Below, in pieces: positions 23,391 to 37,538 of a stretch of DNA of 64,000 bases. The notes below the pieces were generated by a model, which searched no databases, was not told the DNA's origin, and was given only the letters and a program-made list of their open reading frames with translations. Source of the DNA: Eledone cirrhosa (taxonomy: Eukaryota); the NCBI GenBank assembly GCA_964016885.1, contig OZ024751.1, positions 35,154,001-35,218,000 of the forward strand, written 5' to 3'. A program made the position numbers and the translations under genes. The first letter of the stretch is position 1; each line of letters begins with the position of its first letter.

Positions 23391-24199
23391 ATGTATGTGT
23401 GTATGTATGTATTTGTATATATATATTTATTTATTTCATTATATTTGTTCCACTCCACGTGGTTTATATTTCACCACCACTACGCCACCACACCGCCACC
23501 AAACCACCACACCAACAACACTCGCTACCACCGCCATCATTTGAACTACGTTTTCAAACCCGACATGACTTAGCCTTGATGAAAGAAAATGAGATGACAG
23601 CCGTAATCTCCCCCACCCCTCATACTCAATACAGAGATATATATATTTTCTGACACCATTGGCAATTTTCATGATGGTAGTTGTAGTGTTGATTATTCCT
23701 TCATTGCATTTATTGATATTTGACGCGCGTTTCGCCACTGATCAGCTCAAGGTTCGATCTATATCGATCCTACCCGACTCAATAATCGGCAGCTCGACGG
23801 ACCTTCTTAAAATGCTATAAGAAAATGAAATACATGCTATGTGGTAAAGTCAGAGTTTCAAGAGTTTGACAAAATGAGATGTTTTGATTGGTGAGAAGGA
23901 TCAAGGCGATGTACTGGCCTGTAGTGTATATGGGGGGTGGGTGTGATGGTGAGATGTTGGTGACGGTCTGTGGATGAGGTGGGCTGTGGTGTGGTGGTGG
24001 GTTGGCCTTGGCGTGTCGAGTATGTTGGTGTGGATGTGAAGATATGGTGGTGGTTAAGGTTATTTAGTGGGATGGGTTGTGGTGTGAGGTTAGTGAACTG
24101 TCTGTAGACGGGCTGGCGTGTGGTAGTGGCGCCTTTGTCTATGGTAGCGGCGTTTTTGGTGGTGTGGTGGATGTATTGGTGGCGTCAGGACCTTACATA

Positions 24200-24525
24200 G
24201 ATACATAGACGCTCTTCGTCTGACAGATATCTTGTATATACGTATACGTACACACATATATGTATATATGTGCACATATATTGTTGTATAAACACACACA
24301 ACATAAGACACATACGCACATCCTTGCCCACACATATCGGCATACGCTCACACACAGCCATATGTATATGTACACACATGTATGTGCATGCGCGCATGCG
24401 GACACGAATATGGAGAGTGGTGGAGTATCGGTGGGGGTGGCGAACGACAGAGATGGGGGGAAGGACTCACACTCATGTATGCAAGATATACACATACACA
24501 CTCCCACACACGTATACTCACACAC

Positions 24526-24591
<66 letters not shown>

Positions 24592-24910
24592 GTACCGACA
24601 ACACACACATACACGCACATATATACATACATGCACATATATGAGCTCACCTACACATAGTCAGATTTACCCATATACATATATGTAGACGTACACATAC
24701 ACACACATACATATATACACACACATACACATATGCATACACATATATATATATATACAGATATATATATATATATACACACACATAGACATATGTATAT
24801 ACATGTGTTCACATACACACACACACACACATACAGATAAATTTGCGTACACGCACGCACACTTAAAACGCCCGTATGAGTAAAATACTTACACACAGAC
24901 ACACACACTA
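24200..24910. repeat. Compound CA/TA microsatellite field
   Basis: Direct inspection. Confidence 0.9.
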
Positions 24911-25204
24911 TTGTTGGTTGGGGAGTGGAGGTATGTTTTGTCGGTGTTGGTGAAGTATGGAGTTGTGTTTTGTGGTGGTGGTGGTGGATGGAGTTGTGAG
25001 GGACAAAAATATATATACCGGATCGAATACCGGTTAAGAGGTGAGATAGGGAACGCGGGGGGAAAAGCGTTTATGGACGTACGGCCATGTGTGTTGTGGA
25101 CATGGTGATGGTGGTGGTGCTGGGGTGATATGTTCGGCAAGATGATTACATGATCAGAGGTTACGGTGTGTTATATGGTAGGCATACGGGGGGTGGGGGT
25201 ATAT

Positions 25205-25390
25205 AATTGTTTCTACTTTAGGCACAAGGCCAGCAAATTAGCAGTGTATTACTGGTACTTTATTTTATCGACCCCCGTAAGGATGAAAGGCAAAGTCAAC
25301 CTAGGCGGGATTTGAACTCGGATCGTAAAGGGACGTAACTATGTTTGAAAGCATGGCGTCCGACCCTCTACCGAGACTGCCAACCCCCCA
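25205..25390 (-). mobile_element. tRNA-derived SINE with a Deu/Nin-like core
   Basis: Reverse complement of the 37352-37538 element (GAGTTCAAATCC B box; TTTGCCTTTCATCCTTACGGGGTCGATAAAATAAAGTACCAGT core). Confidence 0.85.
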
Positions 25391-25717
25391 CCCTGGGGGG
25401 TATATAATACAGTCGATTTGGGATCGAGTGATATGTGTTGATGATGATTGTTGAAGTATGTGGATGTATTTAGTGGTGGCGGTGGTTGTGTGTGCGTGCG
25501 ACAGTACAGTTACAGGATCGAATTTAACGTGGGGTTGCAAGTTAGGGTAGATAGAGGGAACATGGGGGGGTGAGGATGTAGGCGTGTATGGTATGCACAT
25601 GACGATGTGTGGTGTGGTGGTGGAGATGGTGTGATATGATCGACATTGTATTTACAAGGTTTCTTGTCATTGTGGATTGCAAGGTAGAACGTATCATATG
25701 GTATATATATATATATA

Positions 25718-26504
25718 TATATAAAACTAAGGATGTCTGTGTGAGTTTGAATCCCTAAACCTCGAGAAGCACCCAACCGACTGTTTTCAAACTTTACACC
25801 GCGCCCTTATAATATGTCTGTATGTCTAGCTGTCTGCATCGCACTCGGCGCGTCAATGTATGGCTGTTAAATGGGCCGCAAACGCATTGATTCATTGTAA
25901 AGGCTACCAGTGGAAGCAACCGTAACACCCTCCAAATGTCAGAGAACGCAGTGAAAGTTACTATTAAGAGAACGTTCACATGGCCCTTTTTATGGCCACC
26001 ACTTGAAATTGTTGATTGTTACCCGTAGTTACTGGAGTGTCAGTGAACGGCTTACAAATCCATTATAAGGGCCCTTGAAATAACTGATGGCGACCCTTTG
26101 GTTTGGGGCGGCGAGTGAACACGCACACGCCTCAAGGCCCATTTTATTGCACCATTCCTCTGTAAAATTGTTAAATTATACCCACTGTTTGGTAAACGTT
26201 TGTGAAGGTGCGGTGGACTGGTTCGAGAAGGCTCCATATGCTGTCCGATTGCACGTCATGCCTTGCTCAAGCATTGCAGACTTCCCTCTGATATAAGTGG
26301 TGACATCTGTCCTGCTGACTCCTGCCACTTTATTAAAGTACAAAAGCACTTAGCCGATTTTCTTCACGTGGAAGGAAAAGCATACCTAATACTAATTGCA
26401 TCAGAGCATTCGGTTTATTTTCTTTACATATTGTCCAGGCATGCAGTTTTTCTACGATTAGGTCAAAATAACTTATCCCGTGCAACGCCGGGTACCACTG
26501 CTAG
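25718..26504 (+). mobile_element. Non-autonomous Helitron
   Basis: The 5' region matches the 47785 element; 3' hairpin CCCGTGCAACGCCGGG followed by CTAG|T at 26504. Confidence 0.88.
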
Positions 26505-26594
26505 TATTATATATATGTATATTGTTTTACTCTTTTACTTGTCCCAGCCATTTTGCTGAGGTCATGCTGGGGTACCGCCTTTAATATATTTTTC

Positions 26595-26642
<48 letters not shown>

Positions 26643-26911
26643 GATATATATATATCAATAAAGACGTATCCATGAAAGGCAAATCTTATCGGTTGGAAAG
26701 CAAAATAAACTTTTGTATTTTATTTGATGAAAGTGCACCAAGCTTGTCTTGGTTGGCCTTGAAATATATATAATAAAATAAATATGGTTTTATAAATATA
26801 GTTTCCATTTATTTAATATCACGAAATATTTACTCCAGTAAACTGTTGAGTGCTCTAAATCAGTTATAAACATTTGTTTGTCGGACTTCCAACAAATTAA
26901 ATACAACTTCT

Positions 26912-26943
<32 letters not shown>

Positions 26944-27035
26944 TACGGAGTTGTGTTAAGGAACCAGATGGACCATAATGCACCAGAGATAGCCGTCGAA
27001 ACGGCTTGAGCTCTGCCGTCGGGGTCATACATCTT

Positions 27036-27037
<2 letters not shown>
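26944..27037 (+). mobile_element. Second copy of the 16.4-kb family: inverted tail fragment joined to a hammerhead 3' half, inside (TA)n
   Basis: 26950-26985 is the rc of ~16493-16527; then TAGCCGTC-GAA-ACGGC..GCCGT-C-GGGGTC. Confidence 0.6.
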
Positions 27038-27074
<37 letters not shown>

Positions 27075-27519
27075 CACATTGTTTGATCAAAATATTAAAT
27101 TTCTTCATAGAATAATAAATTTTGTTTTATTATTTGTTGCTATTGTTCGGTTGTTGTTGTTGTTGTTGTTACACACATACACACATACACACTCACAAAC
27201 TTTGCTAATCTTTTGGCGGCAAAACCATATACATACATACATACATACATACATACATAGATACATGTGTGTGTGTGTGCGTGAGTGAGTATGTGTGAGT
27301 TACTGTCACTTTGTTTTCCTTATAAATACAAGTCCCGTTTTTCATATTTTTCATTTCAGCCACTGATTTTGAAAGATGACTACACAGTATTCTCATGCGT
27401 CCTTTCAACGTGGGTATGCGTTAAGCGCTTTTTAGGGCTGCTCAGAGATACGCCGAAAACCAACCACAGCGTTCACTCCTGGGACTGAGAAGAAAAGTCC
27501 CACAGGTCAGTCAGATTTA

Positions 27520-27670
27520 TATTTAATTTATTTAAAAAAAAAAAAAATTTAATTTATATTTCTTTAAAAAAAAAGAATTCAATTTAACTTATTTCTTTAA
27601 AAAAAAAGTTCAATTTCATTTATTTCTTTAAAAAAAATTCAATTCAATTAATTTCTTTAAAAAAAAAAAG
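27520..27670. repeat. AT-rich ~30-bp minisatellite
   Basis: AATTT..TTTATTTCTTT(A)n repeated about 5 times. Confidence 0.75.
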
Positions 27671-27771
27671 CTTTTATAGTTATGTTTTTGTATTTTAATC
27701 GGGGTAACATTTTCGATTTAATTAATTTCATCATATTGTTGTATATACACACACACATATATATACAATTG

Positions 27772-27822
<51 letters not shown>

Positions 27823-27839
27823 TGCAGTTATTCGAATAC

Positions 27840-27950
27840 CTTGGAGTATTCGTTTTTATTTCTATGCTCTCTGAGTTTAAATCCTGCCAAGGTCAACTTT
27901 GCCTTTCTTCCTTCCGTTGGATAAAAAAAAGTACCAGTGAAATGCTGGGG
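27840..27950 (+). mobile_element. Partial copy of the tRNA/Deu-like SINE
   Basis: GAGTTTAAATCCTGCCAAGGTCAACTTTGCCTTTC...AGTACCAGT. Confidence 0.7.
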
Positions 27951-28524
27951 TGAATTCTTCCTATCTATAGTTTTCTCGCAATTATCTTTTTCTGAATAAA
28001 AGTACCAGTCAAATACTGGGTTCCTCTCTTCTCTCATTTTTCTCTGTCTATCTTTCTGGAAGAATTTTCTATTTTTAGAACTGGAGGAGTTGGTATTTGC
28101 TAGTGATTAAGGGAGAAAATGAAAGATATATATGTATATATATGTATAATATGTGTGTTGATGAGATTATGTGGGGGTGGGGGGGTAAAAATTGTTTTTT
28201 AAGATTTATCTGGAAAAATCTGTTGAATTCACATGGTTGGTATTGTCTCTGTTCTCGGTTTTCAAAAGACTTATAAAAGCTGACTCAGTATTGTTTATCC
28301 AATAAAGTAGCAGTAATACGTTATAGTTAGATTAACGTTAATTTTGTTCACTTGTAATTTAGAGAATATAAAATATAAAATGCACCATTAGAATATTTTT
28401 ATTCCAGATTCTCCTAAAAATTTGTCCCTGTTCAATTCTTCTCTGCCACAAAGCTCTCATTTTTGGATAGAATTTTTTTATTTATTTTTTTACGTTAGGT
28501 TATACCAGCCAACCAATTTTTTAA

Positions 28525-30008
<1,484 letters not shown>

Positions 30009-30427
30009 AAAGATGAATATAAAATGAAAGTGCTTTTTTAAAAAAAAGGAATTTATTAGGTATCGACATGTTTCTGTAACAGACGAAATACCTATGTATC
30101 GCTGCTTGCGTAATCATATAATGTTAGCAAGTATTCGATACCAAATGTATAATCAGTTGTAACTTCAGAGATTTTGGATAAATTGGAAAAAATCAGAAAA
30201 ATTGAAGTATTTATATTAGTTGTAATAGAGGAAGAGAAGTATATGACAGATGGTAATTCAATTTACTGCTAAACAAGTATATAAATGGGTTTTAATGAGA
30301 ATACAATGAGTAAATGGTTTATTTTATCTAAATAAGAATTTTTGGGAGTGCCTATTTTAATCTATACTTGACCAATTGAACAATGGACAGGGCTGGTCAT
30401 TTGGTGTAGTAGTATTAACTAGTCAAC

Positions 30428-30536
30428 CTCAAATCCCGCCGAGGTTGACTTTGCCTTTCATCCTTACGGGGTCGATAAAATAAAGTACTAGTAATGCACT
30501 GGGTAATTGCTGGCCTTGTGCCTAAAGTAGAAACAA
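30428..30536 (+). mobile_element. 5'-truncated copy of the tRNA/Deu-like SINE
   Basis: Near-identical to 37432-37538. Confidence 0.85.
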
Positions 30537-30689
30537 GTATTAACTATAAAGTGTCAATTAAGGAAGGGGGAGATTTCGACTGCTACTGAATAACATCAAT
30601 GCTAGTAGCCAGCTGGTATATGCATTAGGGAATTGAATTAAGAAATCTCATTTTATCTATAACAGTTTATATTAAATGATAACCTGAAA

Positions 30690-31009
<320 letters not shown>

Positions 31010-31015
<6 letters not shown>

Positions 31016-31155
31016 TTAAAATAACCGATTAAAGTTTAAGCAAAGAATTGCTGCTTTCACCCTTAACGGGATCTTCTGAAATTCATTTAAGATCCCGTTA
31101 AGGTTGAAAGCAGCGATTCTTTGCTTAAACTTTAATCTGTTATTTTAATATATAT
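31010..31155. mobile_element. Head-to-head inverted pair of the CAGAAGA hammerhead-like element
   Basis: Arms ~31010-31075 and 31089-31155 both match 16593-16655. The minus copy (31032-31084) retains CAGAAGA. Confidence 0.65.
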
Positions 31156-31244
31156 TTGCTGTACGGTTCTTATATATTTGATATATATGTATCCATATCG
31201 AGCCCTTTTTTAATTTTAGTTTTCAAATTTATTATTATTACTAT

Positions 31245-31248
31245 ATAT

Positions 31249-31281
<33 letters not shown>

Positions 31282-31990
31282 TATGTGTGTATGTGTATGT
31301 ATTGTGTGTATTATGTGTCTATTAGGTGTCTATTTGTGCGTATTATCTCTGTATTATGTGTGTATTATCTGTGTGTATTATCTGCGTATTATCTGTGCGT
31401 ATTATGTGTATTATATGTGTATTATGTGTATTATCTGTATTATGTGTGTATTATATGTGTATTATCTGTGTATTATATGTGTATTATATATGTATTATAT
31501 GTGTGTATTATATGTGTGTATTATCTGTATTATATGTGTATCTGTATTATGTGTGTATTATGTGTGTATTATGTGTGTATTATCTGTGTATTATATGTGT
31601 ATTATGTGTATTATATGTGCGTATTATGTGTATTATCTGTATTATATGTGTATTATCTGTATTATATGTGTATTATGTGTGTATTATCTGTGCGTATTGT
31701 GTGTATTATGTGTGTATTATCTGTATTATATGTGTGTATTATGTGTGTATTATATGTGTATTATATGTGTGTATTATATGTGTGTATTATATGTGTGTAT
31801 TATATGTGTGTATTATCTGTGTATTATCTGTATTATCTGTGTGTATTATCTGTATTATATGTGTATCTGTATTGTGTGTGTATTATGTGTATTATCTGTG
31901 CGTATTATCTGTATTATATGTGTATTATGTGTGTGTAGTATGTGTGTGTAGTATGTGTCTGTATTATGTGTCTGTATTATGTGTGTATTT
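31245..31990. repeat. Minisatellite of TATTAT(G/C/A)TG(TG)0-2 units
   Basis: Direct inspection. Confidence 0.95.
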
Positions 31991-32574
31991 GTAATAAATG
32001 TCTGTACTATATACACATGTATATATATAATATATAAATACAATATAATATATATGTTGGTGTGTATCGGGTTTTGTGTTTATATCACCGTAGAAATCTG
32101 TTTATGCAACATTCTAATTAGCAAAGGGAAATTACTCTAGTATATTTTAATAAAAATATTTTATTTTCCGTTTTAGCCAGAAATTTTGTTGTTTGATAAA
32201 ACTGTCATTGAATTTATGCCTTGTCTGTTTCTGCTGAAGACTACTTTACTAATTAAGCTTAAGCTTAATTTATTATTTCGGTTTTCATCGTAAAATTGAG
32301 ACGGGTGTTTTTTCATGTCTATTTAATGCAGCACGTTAGTGATATAGTAAGTTTTAGTTTCTATTTGTTTGAATATCATTTCGAAGCAGATACGACGGGG
32401 TTCATTAATTTCTAGATGAATTATTTGGGTTTAGTTTTAGTTTGTGGTTAGTGTGTGTGTGTGTGGGGGGGGGGGGGGTTATATATAAAACTGAATAGCT
32501 ATATATATTTATATCATCTTGTCAATATCTATCCTCTTTCCTCATAAATATAGACAGAAATTACGGTATACAAG

Positions 32575-33090
32575 TAGGCACATGCATTAAAACTTAATAT
32601 ATGGTTATGTTACCAGGAAGCTGGAGAGTGAAAGTAATATAGTTACGGTGAGGAAACGCTATATTGTTTTTTTTTTTGTTTTTTTTGGATACGCTTTTGC
32701 AATATAAGAATAGGAAACGAAGACAAACTGATTGATGCAGACAAAATATATATTTATGGTAATTGTTCAGAATTAAGATCGTAGATGTGACCGATGTGAA
32801 GCAACTGTAGAAAGTTGGCATGATGTAGTGAAGAATGCAGTGGGTAGAAAAGACATCCCCGAGAATAAACATAGAAAGAGTAGTTGGTGATTGTTGCAGT
32901 GAAAATCAATGAAGTACAAGCATAACAGACAAGAGAGAGAAGAATGCAGGCCCAGCAGTTGGAGTTCGCTGCCAAGCAGATGCCAATATAATATAAAATA
33001 TTAGGGAATCGGATAATGTCGATTCCCTGTTTTATTGCAAAAGCGAATCCTTTAAAGTGCGAGACAATATAGTGTTTGTCGTTGATGTAT
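32575..33090 (+). mobile_element. Highly decayed R4-like LINE zinc-knuckle fragment; two per unit (also ~35845-36370, 37850-38355, 40955-41480, 45070-45600, 47010-47500)
   Basis: The 37850 copy reads MHGYVAKEL...VDK, SHFYGYVFAI*E*E, KLCGIKIENLTDV, HDV, colinear with the 22490-22790 R4-like segment. Confidence 0.55.
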
Positions 33091-33399
33091 TTATATCTAT
33101 ATTACTCTACATAAGCCCACAAACAGGCCTTCAACAGTAAATATGTAATTGTCCTTTGTTTAAAAAGAAATTATTTTTCTTAATATAATTGTTTATCTGC
33201 TGGATTGGTCATTGACCATTTTTGTAGGAGAGGGGATTTTGTTAGTGGTGTGTTACCTTCGCTGACTTAACTCTCTGAGAAAGAAAAGCAATTATATTTT
33301 TCTTTGACTGTATTTAGCCACTGAAGAATGGGTGTAGCTCCTTGGAGCACTCCAACTAATAATTCGAAGAACCATCGGGTGTAATGACTTTGGCTTTAG

Positions 33400-35770
33400 T
33401 GTTCGTGTAGAGCAGTGATACTTTTGTATTCCACAAGATCTTGATCAGGCAGTGACGATCGACAGAATTATAGGCAATTTGCTTTAGCTCCCTCAAATAT
33501 CTTCCTCAGCATCAGGATGTGACCGTTGGTTGATCTTTATCTGTGAAGCTGTTCTGGTTGTTTGAGCTTTTTGTCCATGTAGGGCTGGATTCTCTTAAGA
33601 ATCATCCTGTTGGGGGTCTTTGCCACATGCGAGGTCCCCCTGTAGTTGGTGTTAGAGAGATCTGCCTTCTTTGGCAGTGGCACGAAGTTACTGATCGTCC
33701 ACTGGTTCAGGGCAACTATTTTCTCCAGTCCCTTTTTACAGAACTGCAAGATATGAAAATCACAACTCTACATGACCTGATGCCACTCGATTTTCTCCAT
33801 GGGCCTTGCCCTCCTTTATCTTATTTTTTTGCTCTCTGAAGCTCCTCTCTGGCAAAGGGTCCTGTCTCAATATGCAGTTATTGTAACAGCCACCTGATCT
33901 GCCCAGTGTTCTTGGCTGTGGAGGGCATCTCATAGTTGTGTTATAAAATGGTCCAGCCATTTCCTTTTTCCTATCCTCTGGATCTGTTTCCTTGATCTGA
34001 CCTTTCCTCCATGTGATCTCGTTGATCATCCAACTGTCAACCGTTCTCTTAACACTTTTAGTGCCTCCTCTCTGGCGTCAGTGTAAGCGGTACAGAGTGC
34101 TTCCCTCATCACCTCCACTGTGTCCATCCTCTCCATAGGATCAGCACAGAATTGGTCCTTGGCAGGCTGCACACACCTTTGGGTTTGCAGAACTGACATG
34201 CTTCCTCTTCTTTCTCCTCAGCATCAGTGTCTCACTTGCTTCTGCTACTGCATTGTTCAAGTAGCCGTACCTCTTTGTCAAACTCTCCACACAGAGCACT
34301 GAACCTGTTGCTCACTTCTCCCGTGAACCTCTTCTGTAGCTTATGTTCCTTGAAAGTTCCCCAGTCATAGATTATACTGTTGGTGTAGCCTTGCTCTTTC
34401 TTAAGCTCACCCGGACCTCACTCATAACAAGCATGTGTCCACTGTCCCAGTGTACTGAAATAGTTGTAGGGTTCTGTGTTGAGAACACTATTGCGCTGCT
34501 TTTTCCTCACCAGAAAGAAATCAATCTAGGTCTTGGTCCACATCTTTTCTGGATTCTTCCTTAACGTTAGGTTGGTTGCCTTCAAGTTTGCATCCAGCAT
34601 GGCGTCTGTCGGTAGTCTTCCATTTCGGTTGGTGTTAGGGAATTACCAGCGCGGATCTTCACTGCTCTCCTTACTCAGATGTGCATAGAAGTCCCTCAGA
34701 AGAATGATGTTTCGAGCTTGTGTGGTGTTGACAGCTCTACACATCTCATGAAATTCCTCTGCATTCACATCACTGTCTCCCTTGGTAGGACTATAAGCTG
34801 ACATCCCTAAATTTTAAATTCCTGTTATTGCCTGCAGGACTATGATAAAAAGGAGAGGGCTAAGAACAGCCCTGGTGTACACCGACCTGCATGCTAAATT
34901 CCTCGCTCTAGTCATTGATAACCCTAACTTTGCTGATTGTTTCTTTATACATGGCTTGTACAGCCCTCATAAGCCATTCATCTACTTTTAATTTTCCAAG
35001 AGCCGACCGTATTATAGCATGGTGGACTCTGTCGAAGGCTTTTCCCATTTCGACAAATGCCAGGTAGAGCGGCTTACTTTTAGCTAGGTACTAATCAACT
35101 GTGCTATAACTCTTTACGTTACTTTCATGATCTGGTCCATCAGCTTTATACCTCTCTAGTTTCCTCTATCTAGTGCATCACCTTTACCTTTGTATCAGTT
35201 GACCATGATGCTGCTGCACGAATCGTTTAGTATTATCTAGTTAACATTACTTGTGGTTATGGTCTGATCTACTGACCCAGATGCCTTGAGCATCTCGGCA
35301 GCTATACCCGATGGACCGGTTGCCTTCCCCGTCTTCATATCTTTGATTGCCATACTACATTGCTGCTGACTTGTTCTGCTAGCCCCTCTATAGGGTTCAC
35401 TTTGGGTATGGTATCTTTTTCCCATGCATTCTCCCCATTTAGTAATCTTTCATACTGGCTCTTCCACGCATCTCCTCAGAAATTGTGAGTGCAAGCTGAC
35501 CTTTATCATTCTGGATACACTTTTGTCCAATGACATCACAATTCTCTCTGACACACTGCCTCGTAATCTCGAACACCTGTTTCTGTTCCTCGTGTTGCAA
35601 AAGATGCTTGAAATTCCTATCCTCTACCTCCCTTCTAGCTAAGTATACTTGTCGCCTAGCTTTGCTCCTGGTCTCTCTGTAATGTGCCCTGTTTTTCCAT
35701 TCTTTCCATGCCTGTCTCTTAGCCTTAACTGCCTCATCTACCATATTGTTCTACCACCAAGTCACTCTCC
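33400..35770 (-). mobile_element. Mosaic of decayed RTE-like LINE fragments (EN and RT); paralogs ~38700-40885 and ~43400-45000
   Basis: PLPKKADLS..NYRG, KATGPSGIAAEMLK, LYLAFVEMEKAFDRV, VDEAVKAKRQAWKEWK. Confidence 0.85.
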
Positions 35771-36429
35771 TCATCCATGTATATATCTTTTTATCATCTT
35801 TTTCTCAAATATCCACACATGACGACACACATGCAAATATTATGCATGGATATGTTAACTGGTAGCTGGAGAGAGAATAATATAGATGATAAAAGTCTAT
35901 CTTCAGCAACAAGTGCTATATTGTCTCCCATGTTGAAAGATAGTCTTAGTTTCAAGTTCTTATATTGTAAAATAATAACTGATGTATAGAATAGAAAGAC
36001 CTAGATGTGAAAAGAAGTGGAAATTGTGCAGATTGAAGATTGAAGATTTGACCGATGTGAAGAAACTGGAAAGATGTGTCGAAAAGAGTGAAGAATGCAG
36101 TCCGTAGGAAAGACATCCCCGAGAGTGAACATTTGAAGCTAGAGCAAGGTTTTAAGAGTTAGAAAGAGTAGTTGTTGATTGTTCCTGTGAAAAGCAATGA
36201 AGTGGAAGAATAACAGACTAGACAAGAATGCAGGCCCACCAGTTGGAGTTAAGCAGCGAAGCAGATGCCAATATAATATTAAATAGAGAATCAGTTTGTT
36301 CTTATTTCATGTTTTATTGCGAAATGGTATTGTTGAAAGCTAAAGACAATATAGCGTTTGTTGAAGATGATGTATACTTTCTATGCAGAAATAAGGAAAC
36401 TTTTGCAGTCATCTTCATAATTATACGTT

Positions 36430-37230
36430 CGCTTTCAAGTGTGGGACATGTACTATTGAGCACCGCCTCTCCACTTATACCGGTCGTTGGTCACCTCGTT
36501 GGTGATCGTTAGCGATTTGAGGTCTGCTCTCACCACCCGTCTATGTTTTTCCTAGTCTTCCTTCTACTGGAATTACTTGGCACATGTTTACCCAGCAAAC
36601 CATCTTATTCTTCTCTCCTGCACATAACTCATACCCATTTTCTCTCTCAACTCATCTCTGCTCGGTCTTTTGAGCATGCTTCCTTCATTTCTTTGCCAGC
36701 CTTGGCATATTGTCTGCAATTGCTGGCCATGTCTCACTTCTTCCAACCCATCCTTATTGTAGATATTATGGCCTCGCAGTAGCCTACTCTCTTTCTAATC
36801 TGCTCATCTATGTAGCGGAAGGTACGAACCACTTGTATAGAACCCACCTTCATTTGAAAACTGTTTCTATCAGTCACTTCGACTGTGAAATTTCTCTGTA
36901 CAGGTAGTTTTCACTACCTGTTTGCTTGCTATCCCACTACATATGTTGAGTACCCCAGATGTGCATTGCGTATATTTTATAGAATTTATCCCAGCTCCTT
37001 TTCAACATAGGGAGCATGTCCTCTTTTCTATGTTTTTATTCTGTCCTCTTGCTTCCAACTGTTTCCATAGACAGCATTTCTTCTTTAGCTTCTTTACTGA
37101 TTCTGCTATAAGAACCAGATCGTCATGGACAGCTAGTTTTAAACGCATCTGTTACTGACAGCACCTCTACAAAGCGTACACTGCCCTCACAAGACATTCC
37201 TCAACACCTAGTTTGGTTAGGCACCACCAA
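36430..37230 (-). mobile_element. RTE LINE RT C-terminal and 3' fragment; paralogs ~41545-42300 and ~45650-46490
   Basis: DDLVLIAES, VVRTFRY, RNEGSML, ELREK; the 3' end matches 1750-1930. Confidence 0.85.
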
Positions 37231-37351
37231 AGGAGTTGTCTGTCAACAAAATTAATTGCTAAGATGGATTACATTGCCACCGGTTATATTTTATATATTT
37301 CCTAAGACTCGTTTGATTAAAAAGCTTTTACTGACATTATTAGTTGTAGCT

Positions 37352-37538
37352 AGGCGGTGGGTTGGCAGTATCGGTGGATGGTCGGACGCCATGCTTTGAC
37401 TTAAAGAGTTACGTCCCTTTACGATCTGAGTTCAAATCCCGCCGAGGTTAACTTTGCCTTTCATCCTTACGGGGTCGATAAAATAAAGTACCAGTAATGT
37501 ACTGGGTAATTGCTGGCCTTGTGCCAAAAGTAGAAACA
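37352..37538 (+). mobile_element. Full-length tRNA-derived SINE with a Deu/Nin-like core and 16-bp target-site duplication
   Basis: A box TGGCAGTATCGG and B box GAGTTCAAATCC; ATTATTAGTTGTAGCT on both sides (37336-51, 37539-54). Confidence 0.9.

Noticed and set aside
30056-30142. GAAATAC-ctat-GTATC and rc GAAACATGTC hammerhead-like halves between GGTATCGA/TCGATACC inverted repeats
   Set aside because: No CTGANGA in register on either strand.
31245-31990. CRISPR-like or other prokaryotic array
   Set aside because: Eukaryotic context; repeats have no unique spacers and there are no cas genes.
32251-32270. 20-bp palindrome AATTAAGCTTAAGCTTAATT near a CTGAAGA
   Set aside because: No GAAA or stem III in register; AT-rich and explicable by a short duplication.
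37352-37445. tRNA gene
   Set aside because: The A/B boxes belong to a SINE head with TSD; no complete cloverleaf.
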